NCBI RefSeq assembly: GCF_018977255.1
Contig: NW_024704742.1
Coordinates: 125,242,001 to 125,306,000 of the forward strand
DNA: 64,000 nucleotides
From: Callorhinchus milii
Taxonomy: Eukaryota
Direction of reading: 5' to 3'
Below, piece by piece: positions 1-11,966 of the stretch (its first letter is position 1; each line of letters begins with the position of its first letter). The position numbers were made by a program, and so were the translations under genes. The notes beneath the pieces are model-generated. The model saw only the letters and a list, made by a program, of their open reading frames with translations, was not told where the DNA came from and searched no databases.

Positions 1-1593
1 ACCCAGTTTGTTGGGTGTGGATAAAATGAGATTTTGCATCACTGGGGTTGGTAAATCTAAAATTTTGAATAAGAGCTGAGCTGGTTATCTGACAATGTGA
101 AGCATTACCTCTGTAATGATTCTCAATCCAAAACACTGATGTATTAAGCAATTCCATTATCCACAACTCACACACTAATTCCCTTCCCGGTAAAAATAAT
201 ACTAATAATAAATTGGTCACTTCAATCCACGACTGTTTGTGGGATACTGCAGTCCACAATTGGCTGCTGTGTTTCGCCCACAAAATATACAGTCAATTCA
301 CTTTACAGAATATTCGAAGACATGATAAGGTGCTGCATCAAATGCAAGGATTAATTATTATTACTTCCTGCTTGGATTTCATTGGCTCTTTCTTGTTTGC
401 CTTTTACTTTTTAAAGGGACATTCTACAACCTCCAAGGCTGTTGCTGTCCTCACCTGACACACATCTGGAATTTATCAGCAAAGGTTATTGGATAGTTAT
501 AGCAACCTATTCAGTCCAATTTATCTGCCTATTCCCCATACACCTGCAAATTATTCCTACATCTTTCTATGAATGGTTCAAATTCAAATTTTTTGATCAG
601 TGAAAGACTGAACAGGGGACTTTAAAACTACCATTGGATTGTTGTAATTACAGGAAAGGCTTGTGCCACAGACATATTCCACAAGATGTTGAATAATAAT
701 CCTTGCACTTGATATTGAGCCTTTCTTGTCCGGAAATGTCTCAAAGCCCTCAGCGGGATATTTTGTGAATTGTAATGAGTGTGTATTTTGTTGGCAAACC
801 CAGCAGCCAATTTGAGCACAGCAATGTCTCACAATCAACATTTTCAACACTTAAAATCCTTATGACTTTTAAGTTGGTGAAAATATTTTTGGGGGCAAAA
901 TGCATGACACTAGTGTAGCTGATATCTGATATTCTGTGTAAACACATACTGCATAAGAGTATGTGACAGCATGGAATGTGGGAAGATCATTCGCACCAGT
1001 GCAGATCATTCTTCTGACAGACCATGTACAATTTGTATTGTCATGGCGCTTCCTAACTCACTGTCCTGGGAGGATAGAAAAACCACAGGTAAAACAGCCG
1101 AGAGAAAAAAAACTGTGAAATTTCTCCAGAGATCGCTCTCTGTATTAAACCAGTGAGGCAAACCAAGTACAGTTCAGCTGTTGATAAAATTCTTCAGAAA
1201 GAATTTTAAAAGACCTTTTGAAAGTGATTACATTTCACGGGATGGGTGTAACCTTGTGCTTTGCAAAATAATATTAATGATTTGAGGTATTCCTTCATAG
1301 GATTCCTTAATATGAAACCCAGGCTGAACAATTTGGGGAGACCTTCCAATAACAGAAAATATTCCAACTCACAGAATTCCACTAGAACCAGAACCAGATG
1401 TAACTTAACATTAAAAAATCTGGTTAGGAAATATGGCAAACTCGTACCCCTCAGATAAAAAATTGGAAGCAATGGTTATAGTGGCACATGGGGAAATTGT
1501 TTCCACCAGAAAGAAATACATGAAAACCAGGCCTGACTTTGTTCCCATCGTTTGCATTCTTTAATCCCTTCCCCTAAGCCCTTTCCTCTTATC

Positions 1594-1997
1594 AGCCTGG
1601 CTCAGTCAGTAGCTGTTTCTCTCAGTAGAAATTCTGTGGGTTCAATCCTCATGTCAGGACTTTATGGTCACAGTCTAGCCTGACACTGCAATGCAGAGGG
1701 AATACTGCATTGTCTGAGATGCTGCCTTTTGGATGAAACAATAGATTGAGATCCATCCCCATGTTCATCTGAGGTCAAAGATCCAATGGCACGATTTGAA
1801 AAGGAAAGGAACTTTCTCTCAGTGTCCTGTTTACCAGATTTTTTTAACAAAAGTTATTCATTTCATGGCTGAATGTGGGACATTGTTGTACAAATTGACT
1901 GCTGTGTTTGCGTACAAATATTTTTAACAGATAAACTCTTTGAGATGTTTTTGCATGATAAAATGCTTTATCATAGGCAAGCATAAGATTATCATCA
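1594..1997 (+). mobile_element. SacSINE1/DeuSINE-like SINE
   Basis: tRNA-like head, then CTGCATTG...GGATGA...AAAGATCC.ATGGCAC...GTGTCCTG, then the shared tail. Confidence 0.75.
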
Positions 1998-3039
1998 TCA
2001 CATCTGATATTTTCTGTTTCATATCCTTTTCAAATAAACGAAATAAATGATCAAGTAGAAGGGCAAGATATGAGATTGATACCAGGCAGGTCATACCAGG
2101 CAGATTTCTGTATAAGTTACCCAATTATGTATTGTATCATTATGGTTCTCTATTAGATATAATCAAAAAACGAAAAGCAAATTTTTTTCTAGTGTCCTGG
2201 TTCACAATCTGCTGAATTAAATGTTAGTCCCCTCAAAGCTAGTTGTGAGGCTTTACTGGCACATATCACTGTTATACGTGCCACCAGAAATAATAGAATA
2301 ATAATAACAATCTTTTCATTTGATATAGTGCTTTTCATGTCTTCTAGATGTCTCAAAGCGCTTCACAGAGTATACTGTAAAGTGAATTGCCTGTGTATTT
2401 GTGGGCGAAACGCAGCAGCCAATTGTGCACAGCAACGTCCCACAAACTTCATTCTACATGTGCTATAAAACCACCACAACAACTTGTATTTATATAGCAC
2501 ATTTCAATTGGGTAGCATCTCAGCATCTTAACAGCAGCTTGGCTTCGCATTGAAAAGTAAAAGATGAAAATTGTGAGATGTTCTGTGGTAATATATTGTT
2601 GATAAATGCAGACAGAGCCAGTCAAGAGTTATCCACCGTACACTTCAGCTTTGAGACGTGATAAAGCACTGTATAAATGCAAGGATTATTATAATTATTA
2701 ATAGTTATAGAATCATAGAAACTTACAGCGCAGAAGGAGCCACCAGCTCTCAGAGCAAACTATTCATTTAATCCCACTGCCCTACCCTATCCCAGGACTT
2801 AGGGAGAAAAATTTAACTCATGCTCCTTTCACAGAAATCAACCCGACCAAATCTATTTGGTCATAAAATTTAACATGGCACAGAATTAGAGAAAATTGTA
2901 ATATTGAAGTGACAGCTTCCAAATTTAAGATTAAAGTTAAAATTCAACAATTTTCAACAAGATAGACAAATTAGATTTATGGGCTAAAACTAGGTGAAAT
3001 GTTGAGCTTCTAACACTGACTATCCCCACACCCACGGCA

Positions 3040-3640
3040 AACAAAGTGTGGGGGCAAAGATGCTGAATGCCCATCCACCAATGGTGAGGAGGGAAGTGCG
3101 GGGGACCTGAAGCAGGCCAGTGTCCACCGAGTGACGGGAGCAGACAGACTGATATGGGGTTATGAGGTCAGAGTGGTAGGGAGTAGCAAGACTGTGCAGG
3201 GCCTTGAAGGTAAGAACAAGGTTTTGTACTCGATTCTCTGAGGAATGGGGAAACAGTGAAGCCAGGCAAGAACGGGAGTGATAGGTTTTGGGAACCTGGT
3301 GTGAAAGAGGACACAACAACAACAAGATTACATTTGTATGTCGCCTTTCACATCGGGAAGACATCCCAAGGCCCTGGACAGACAGAATTACGGATCCAAG
3401 CTGGGGATCGGGGTCAGGGAGGATGGAGTGCAGCGAGGGAAGCAGGGAGATACGAGCTGCTGAGGTGAGAAGATGCTGCTGGGAGCCAAGCAGGAGGGCC
3501 TCTATCTTGACCACATTAGCTGGAGGAAGTTGGCTTTCGTCCAGGACTTGATGTCAGAAAGACAATTAGCTAGGACATCAACATAGGTCCTGAAGTCTAG
3601 GGCAGAGGCGGCAAGATAAAGTTGGATGTCATCCATACTG
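3040..3640 (-). mobile_element. Old L2 fragment interrupted by a younger L2 tail (about 3313-3470)
   Basis: LVLTFKALHSLATPYHSDLITPY...GGWAFSIFAP on the minus strand; a YADDIQL RT motif near 3620-3640. Confidence 0.8.
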
Positions 3641-3653
3641 CAAAGTGTGTGTA

Positions 3654-4088
3654 TAATAATAATAATAACATAGTGCCTTTCACATCAGGAGAACTTGAAA
3701 GTACTTCACGGGATATACTGTAAAGTGTAGTGACTGTATGGTTTGTCGGTGAATCCTGTAGCCAATTTGTGCACAGCAATGTCCCACAAACAGCCATGAG
3801 GTCACTGATCAATTTTATTTGGGGATTTGTTGGCCATAACTCTGTGAGAAACTGCCTTCCCCTTTTATTAGTGCCATGTGGGACCTTTATTGTCTACCTG
3901 AACAGGCAGAAGCGGCATTGGTTTAAAGTCTCATCCGAAGGCTGACACTTCCAATAATGCAACACACTCGCAGCACTGCGCTGGGGATGTCAACCTCGAC
4001 TATATGAGTTCCAATTTCTAATGTTGGGCTTCAATCTGTAATCTTCTGACTCAGAGTTGAGAGTGCTACCAACTGAGCTAGGATGAAA
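3654..4088 (-). mobile_element. SacSINE1/DeuSINE-like SINE
   Basis: Same consensus in reverse complement. Confidence 0.8.
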
Positions 4089-4994
4089 CACAATATAATC
4101 TAGATTTGGGTGAGGTACCAGTTGGATTCTGGCACGCATAAAACCTTATCCCCATAACATGAACAAGGAGGAGGAGGAGAAAAAATAGATTCAGCAGTGT
4201 AACAAGGGAGACATCAGGAACCAACATGAGGCAATGTATCATCACCGAATTGAAATTTAAAAGCCTGTGTTTACCATTGCCATTTCTTATATGGACATCG
4301 TATCCTCAGGGGCTTTTCTAAACCTAGTGTCATAGGTAGTAATTACCTGATAAAGTAAGAAAAACGTTACCTCCCCTCTTATATGTTCCATGCTCCAGGC
4401 TACTCATCACACTAGCATGAGGATGAAGGGGGAGGGATGAGCCATTGTTATGAAGGATAAAATCTCTCAGGCTTACCTGTTTGTGTGTAAAACAGAGCAC
4501 AATTAATGACTACCTCTGGAAACAACGTACAACAGCACAGACACTCATTGTTTACTGATTGTTGTGCTCTGCATTTAATTTTCTCTGTCCAAATCCCATC
4601 TGAAGAGATACAGAAAAACCTTTTAGTTGTCACAACATCATCTGTGTTTTTAGGGAGTTTTTGCTTCCAAGATTTTAATTCATTAGCAGCAATTTACCAA
4701 AGCTAGGTAAATATGACGAAAATCGGAAATGTGAGTTTATAGTTTACTCATTGCAAACTCACACTGCACCACACATCAAAAGTTAAAATACCAATACTGC
4801 CTTACTTGTTCATAACAGGATTTCTCTAATTTCTTTTTCACACATCTAATAGAGAGATCATTATTTGTAATGATCATCAGAAATAATCTTCCATTTGTGT
4901 TTTGTGGAAATGGTGCTCCTACAAACAATCATGAAATGATTTTTAATTTCATTATAAATTTAGGGAAAGCCATTGCAAATGTGAGAGAAAAGGG

Positions 4995-5875
4995 ATTAGA
5001 GATCACAAGATTGGTCTGATTGAAGAAGATCCTTCGGCACATCCGATCTCATCCCTCCAGAACACCCATCCTCCCTTCACCCCATCATTGCATCAAACTG
5101 CTTTTTATATTAGTCTAATGTCCTGGTCTCTTCCACTTTTCCTGGCACCTTATTGATTAATCCTTGCATTTGATATAACACTTTTCACGTCGGGAGGACG
5201 TCCCAAAGCGCTTCACAAAACACACTGTGGAGTAAGGAAACTTGCCTAAGGTTTCGCCCTGCCTGGAATTGAACTCAGGTCACTCGCTTGCAAAGCGAGT
5301 GCTCTAACCACTGAGCTACAGGACTCCACGATTACCCTCTGCGTAAAGAAAAAATTCCTGGTGTCTTTCCTGAAATGGTCCTTTACAACTCTAAACCTAT
5401 GTCCTCTTGTTCTACTGTCATGCTGCATCCTAAGGTATTGATCTGGGTTTACTTTTTCAATCCTATTTAATGTCCCCTCTTGAGTCATCTTCTCTCAAGA
5501 CTGAAGAGCCCTAACTAGTCTATTTGTTGCTTATAGTTCATTCCTCTAACACTGGGGATCATCCTCGTAGTTCTTCTAGCCCGTGCAGTTCCTTTGTGTC
5601 GTGGTGATGAGAACTGTATGCAGTATTCAAGGTGTGGTCTGGCCAGAGCACTGTACAGCCTGAGCATGAAGTCTGGGTATCCAGACTCAACTGATTAAGC
5701 AATATAGTCCAGCATCCTGTTTACGTTGTTTATTGCTGCCTCTCTCTATTTTGACAGTGTGAGCAATGAGTCAACTAACACCCCTAGATCTCCTTCAGCT
5801 TCTCAATTGGCAAGTTTAATCCCACTCATAAAGTACTTGTGTTTTCTATTCTTCGATCTGTATGTAGTCCTCGCA
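4995..5875 (-). mobile_element. CR1 LINE 3' fragment, degenerate, interrupted by a mini-SINE
   Basis: Minus strand: DLGVLVD, LYSALARPHLEYCIQF, RTRGHRFRVVKDHFRKDTRNFFFTQRVI. Confidence 0.88.
5158..5329 (-). mobile_element. Mini-SINE (head + tail, body deleted) inserted in CR1
   Basis: Head and tail are joined at a TGT microhomology (5226-5228). Confidence 0.9.
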
Positions 5876-6878
5876 ATATCTGATAAAGAATAGGAATGGA
5901 AATAGAGGGAAAGGGGGTGGAGGGGAATGGAGGCTACAGAAGATGGATTAGGATGGGTGGAGGATTTTGTGGGTCTTAACCACAGCATGGAGTAATTGGG
6001 CCAAAAGCCTGGTTCTAAATAGAATGTGTATAACATAATTGCTGTTCTTATACAATATTGCTGCTATCCACTTGGTATGGGGTAAATTTTGAAACAGGCC
6101 TTGGCAGTGGGAAGGGAGAAGGTGATCAGGAAGTACTGCAGGATAGAGTTTCAGAGAATGGGGGCAGAATAGCTAAAAGCTCCATGTTCACATTTCCTGG
6201 TGTGACCTTTTCATTCTCTGCTCATTTAACAGAAGCAGCGGTGGGGTCAGAGCTGTCTGACTGCTCGACTGTTTTCAGTTGGCAGAACAAAAGGCAACAT
6301 CTGAACAAGTGTTCCACATGTGGAATGGAGTGAAAATGGAGCTTCCAGGTCAACGGGTCTGTGTCCTCAAAGACTTGTACCTTTGACCTTTGTCTGCCAG
6401 TGTATTTTTATCACTGAGAACACTGATGTCCCTACAATATTTTCTCTTGCATAAGCTTTGTACCAAGTACACGCTATTTGTTCTTCAATAATAATCATAT
6501 TTCATGCAGAGCCTTATAATGTTATTGAAACGTCTCAAAGGGATTCACGGGTTGCACTATAAAGTGTAGTGACTGTGTATTCATAGGCAAATTGCAGCTA
6601 CCAATTTGCACGAAGTAACAAAACATTATCAGTCTCAAGTTACTTTGATAGAGCAGAGAAGCAAAATTCACGTGTACCCTTCATCTGAATAGGGTAAAAA
6701 TGCTGTACAGAGTTTTGATAATGTTTTATGATTTGTTTTGTTATTATCCAATTGATTTATTGTAAAATAGCATGCTTATGTTAGAAATTGAAGAAAACAT
6801 ATAGGCTTGTAAATATTATATTTAGGTCTAAATGTAGTTGTACCTTTGTCTATATGTATATATCTCTGAAAGTACATG

Positions 6879-7619
6879 TACACTAAAACCCTGGCTAGCC
6901 AGACTAATGTGGGGAGATCCGGTCTGGAGACCCAGAATTTCTGGCTAAGTATAATTACAATGCCAGTAGTGGCATTTACCGGCTTTAAAATATTAATAAT
7001 AATCCTTGCATTTGATATAATACCCTATTACATTTTCGAGACATCTTAAAGAGCCTCACAGAATATACTGTAAAGTGAATTGCATGTATATTTTGAGGGC
7101 GAAACGCGTGGATTGAGTGACCAACATTTCTTTTTAAGCAATTATTACCCCCGGAAAAGCTATCCGCCGATCGACTAACAACCGGGCTCCTATTTACTGC
7201 TAAGTAAACAGAGGCATGTGGCTACGGAAACTTGCCCAACGTTTTACCCTGCCTGGAATTGAACCCAGATCCTTTTGCTTGCCAGGTGAGTGCTCTAACC
7301 ACTAAGCTACAGGACTCCACAGGACTTTTATCAGCGGCAGTTTTTTTCAGTGGCAAAATATGCCGATAAATACCTGCACCGCCATTGTAATTGTTTGAAT
7401 CCTGGATTTAAACTATTACAGATTCAAACTGAGTCAAAGTCATTATCCTGGGGCACTCAAGGCAAGCAAGCACGGTGAAGCAGGGTAGGTGAGTGGAGCT
7501 GGCTTGAGTCTACATGTGCGCGGGCCTGTGGAAATCTTGTTTAATTTTTCATTTCAGGCCTGGTCTGAAATGTTACTAATTCCAGATATCCAGAGTGCAA
7601 CAAGCCCCGGTTTACTGTA
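6879..7619. mobile_element. Possible Tc1/pogo(Tigger)-type MITE with nested inverted arms (6951-6990 / 7352-7393) and a SINE insertion
   Basis: Ends TA-CACTAAAACC ... GGTTTACTG-TA; inner arms AATTACAATG...ATTTA.CGGC on opposite strands. Confidence 0.4.
6995..7320 (-). mobile_element. tRNA-Ala SINE, long form with an extra central segment
   Basis: Contains GCCTCTGTTTACTTAGCAGTAAATAGGAGCCCGGTTGTTAGTCGATCGGCGGAT, which is absent from the short form. Confidence 0.88.
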
Positions 7620-7663
7620 TATATGTGTCGATGAGTATTGTATATATATATAGTGATTCCAGT

Positions 7664-7880
7664 AATAATAATAATCCTTGCATTTGCTACAGCACCTTAC
7701 CATCATCATCCACCTCGGTTTAACATGTCATCCGAAGGACAGCACCTCCGACAATGCAACCCCCCACCAACACTGCGTTAGGAGTGTCAGCCTCGACTAT
7801 GTGATCCCAAGTCCCAACGTGGAGCTTGAACCCACAACTTTCTGATACAGAGGCAAGGGTGCTACCACTGAGCCAGGCCG
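7664..7880 (-). mobile_element. DeuSINE-like SINE with internal deletion
   Basis: Well-preserved head (GGCTCAGTGGTAGCACCCTTGCCTCTG..TCAGAAAGTTGTGGGTTCAAG on the minus strand). Confidence 0.75.
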
Positions 7881-8305
7881 ATACACAAAGGAGATTTAAG
7901 ATCCTATCTGAGGGATTGCTGGCCATGACATCAAGAGAAACTCGCTTCTCTTTTTGAATAGTGCCTCAGGCAGACCGAACCAAAGCTTAATGTCACTTAC
8001 CTGTGTGTGAAACGTGTTTTAGCTTTCTATGCATCTGTACCTTATACAGAATCAAGCTCATCAATATTAAGTATGTAAGAAAGATTACTTTATTAAAGGC
8101 AGGAGTTTTGTTTCCTGTTGTTAAATTTAACTAGATTTTGAACTTGTGCTTGGAACTGATAGAGAAAACAAAACTAGACTGAATTGACTCTTTTAAGCCT
8201 GGTGGGAGAATTATCAACAGATGCAAAGTATTAGAACTAGATCAGCTTATTTTGTTGTGTGCATTATTTACAGTATTCAAGATAAATATTTTATATGCTG
8301 GAGTT

Positions 8306-8613
8306 ATAATAATAATAATAATCCTTGCATTTGATATAGCGCTTTTCACATCTTCTAGACGTCCCAAAGCGCTTCACAGAATATACTGTAAAGTGAATTG
8401 ACTGTATATTTGTGGGCGAACGCGGCAGCCAATTGCGCACAGCAGTGTCCCACAAACAGTCATAGATTGAAAATGACCAATTTATTATGTTTTGGAGGGA
8501 TTATTATTAGGCGTGTGGAGTAAGGAAACTTGCCCAAGGTTTCACCCTGCCTGGAATGGAACTCAGGTCTCTCGCTTGCAAAGCGAGTGCTCTAACCACT
8601 GAGCTACAGGACT
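8306..8613 (-). mobile_element. Young tRNA-Ala SINE, short form
   Basis: Nearly identical to the 37276 copy in reverse complement. Confidence 0.95.
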
Positions 8614-9399
8614 GTAGCTGCATTGTTGGAGGTGCCGTCCTCTAGATGAAATGTTAAACTGAGGTCCCATCTGCATGTTGAAGGGGACTTTAGCACTACT
8701 CAAAAATAGAAAAGAGAATTAAGTGTTTCACTTATAAAATCCCTGACTGTTTGTGGGACATGGTGTGCAATTGGCTACGACATTTTGCCCACAAATACAC
8801 AGTCAATCCTCTTCACAATATATTCTGTGAAGCACTTTGAAACGTCCCAATGACGTGTCAAGGCACTATATGAAATGCAAGGAGTGTTATTATTTTTATT
8901 TTTTTTAAAATACACAGTCACTGCACCTTACAGTACATTCTGTGAAGCGTTTTGAGATGTCTTCCTAATGTTAAAAGTGCTAGTCAAACCTTTTTGAAAA
9001 GTATTTTGTCATCTCTGTGAATTTGATTCACCCACTAACGATTGGTACAGTACTAGTAGGGGGTAGAGGTATTATAGATTTCTCATTGATGGAAGCATTT
9101 GTATGTATTATTAAAGGATTAGATGTTTAAAACTATTTATTCACTTGCAAATACTTATTGCCTCCTAACAGACCGTGCATATTATTTTCTAAATATGTGA
9201 TAAAACAAGACATTCTGAAATGCTGCAAAGGGCACATTCGCTTCAATTTTTTGGCTAAAATAAGATAAGTATCGAAATGGCCATAAGATTAGTCGCTTAG
9301 TGTGGAAAAGCTGGTCAAGTGATATAGTCCATTCGTGCAGCAACATAAAACACTGGGTAGGATTAGAATGATTGTTCAAATTTGTCACATGACACACTG

Positions 9400-10250
9400 G
9401 TATGCAGGACAAGTACTAACCCAAGTGCAACAATTAAACACAAATGCTCCAAAATGGATCAACAGAAAAATAAAAAGGGAAATTAACAAACAAAGGAAGA
9501 TTAAAAGGTTTGTAAGGAAAGAGGAGAGGGTGACTATTGGGCTTGAGGGAGAATGTAAAGAAAAAGGTTAAGAAAAAGAGATTAGGGGGCTAAGAGACAA
9601 CTGGAAAGGGATATGGCAGCAAATGCACAAAATAATGGCAAAGCATTGTGCCAATATTATAACAGTAAGAGGGTAGTCGAGGAAGATGTTAAAACCCCAA
9701 GGGGTTGAAAAAGAGAATGAACAGAATGAACAAAAGATGGCTAATTAATATTTCCTGGAGGTATTTATCAGAACTGATGCTAAAATCATGTCCCTTAAAC
9801 ATCTAGCAAACAGTGATTGAGCTCCAGCACATGTGAGGTTGGGATTCCAGATAGGCGCAAGGGGCTGAAACCAACAAGTTCTCTGCACAGATGAATTGGA
9901 CTCCAGGGTACTTAGGAAACCAGGCAGGAGACTAGTGCAGCACTGACAGACATTATGAAGGAGTTTATAACCACTAGTGAGTTTTCAACTGGAAGCAGGT
10001 AAATGGTTCCTATATTCAAGAAAGGCAACAGAAACATATCTGGCAATGACAGACTACGGAAAGAAAATGGAAGGTTTTCTGTATAAAAAATAACCTATAA
10101 ATGGTAGCCAACACAGTTTCAGAAGGGGTAGAGTTTATCTAACCAGGCACATTTTTTGGAGAGGTAACAGACCAAATTGATTGTAGGAAGCCACATGACG
10201 TGGTTTCCCAAGACTTCCAAAAAGGTATTTGACAAAGTACCACAGGAGAC
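9400..10250 (+). mobile_element. Old CR1 ORF2 internal fragment (tether and RT start)
   Basis: APKWINRKIKREI, DELDSRVLR, PIFKKGNR and QHSFRRG motifs, with many stops and frameshifts. Confidence 0.75.
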
Positions 10251-10427
10251 ACTCCTTCACAAACTGATTTCCCTTGATATCAAACTTAAAACATAAGTAT
10301 GGATTTGATGTCAGTATGAGGTAAGGCACTTCCTAGTCATTGATTAAAAGAGTGTTAGGTTGTTGCTCTGCTCTTTTAATAATAGAACAGAATTCACAGG
10401 AGCAACTCAAAAGGAGAATATAGAACT

Positions 10428-10905
10428 TGCCTGCTGGTTCAATGATTAAATACACAACCTGTTGTGGTGCTAAACGATTGAGATCCACAAGCTACCAGGG
10501 TTGATCTTTTGCTTGTGTTGAGTTCAAGAACAACAACAAATTTCTTTTATATAGCATCTTTCATATCGGGAGGACATCCCAAGCTTAATTAACTTAAGAC
10601 AGCTAGGACAGGGACACAAAAATTGACCTCAGTGCCCCTGTGGTGAGAAGTGGAGATATATCAGCCAAGTTTCCCTTTCCTGATTGCTATCTGGAGACTC
10701 TTGGTGGAAAAGGGATGTGTGTGGATATCAAGTGAACACAGAATTAGACATAGCTCTGATACACCCTCCTGATTGAACACCCTGATGACATTTACTGTCT
10801 AAGTTCACATGTGAAGAATGACTATTTGGGCAAGGTACAAGAGATTTGCTTGTGCGGGAGAATCACAACAATGTGGGAGACACTGTCTTTGGAAGAGGAG
10901 TCTAA
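10428..10905 (+). mobile_element. Ancient tRNA-derived SINE (AmnSINE2-like). Other copies at 17712-17869 + 18798-18990(+), about 26440-26720(-) and about 32700-32942(-)
   Basis: Mutually alignable motifs such as TGTG.TGA.TT, CAATT.GCCTCAGTGCCCCTG.G, CTGA.TGCTATC and TGAAGAAT..C.A.TTGG. Family name is from memory. Confidence 0.55.
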
Positions 10906-11363
10906 GAATGAAAAATAATAGTTCTTACTTTTGATATAACACCATATTACATCACCAAGACGTCCCAAAGCGCTTCACACGATATAACGTAAGGTGGTGT
11001 AACTCTGTGTACTTTGTGGACAAAATTCAGAGAAAAACAGAAAATAAACTTTTTAAGATAAAAATGTAGGGAGTTTGATCCAAAGATTTAGACCTATTGA
11101 TATTAAAACATGGTTTGAGTTCATTTGGTAAGATGAAGTGAAATATTCATTGCAACCTGCATCAATTTAATCAAAGGAAGAAAGGGAATTTGGAAGCAGA
11201 CACTGTGTACAGGGCCAGACAACTTAGATAAATAAAAAAATACACTATCTGTGAAACTGACAAGCAGAGTGGCATGATGTGATAAACAAACCATAGCTGG
11301 ATTATCCTAGTGAAAACAGCATGAAGGTCCAGAATATTTTTAGATGTTTTGCAACAAATGCAG

Positions 11364-11389
11364 AATAAATAAATAAATAAATAAATAAT
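11364..11389 (+). repeat. (AAAT)n microsatellite
   Basis: Seen directly. Confidence 0.85.
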
Positions 11390-11544
11390 GCTCTCATTTG
11401 ATAAAGTGCCTTTCATATGGGGAGGAGGTTTCAAAGCCCATCAACAACACCAACTTCACAAGACTTACTGAAAATAAAGTTACTGTGTATTTTATAGGCA
11501 AACCTAGAACCACTTTGCATACAGCAATGTCTCACAATAAAACT

Positions 11545-11966
11545 AATAATAATAATTTTTGCATTTGATATAGCGCCTTGTCATGTCTTCGATACGTCTC
11601 AAAGCACTTCACAGAATATACTGTAAAGTGAATTGAAGCATATTATGTGGGCGAAATGCCATGAAGCAAATGACTAATTTTATCTGGGGAGATTGTTGCC
11701 TAGGACATTAGGAGAAAGTGAAGATACAGAATTCCCTTCTCATTTCAAATGGTGCTGTGGGATCTTTAGCATCCACCTGAACAAGCAGACAGGATCTCGG
11801 TTTCAACAAGATTTCAGTTTGTTCCGAAGGACAGCACCACGCCAATGAGGCCCATCCCCAGCACTGCATTGGAGTGTCAGCTTTGTCTATATAAGTTCCA
11901 ATTCCCGACAGGGGGCTTGAACCCACAACCTTCTGACTCAAAGGCAAGTGTGCTACTTAACTGAGG
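11545..11966 (-). mobile_element. DeuSINE-like SINE
   Basis: Head, Deu-like body and tail present. Confidence 0.8.
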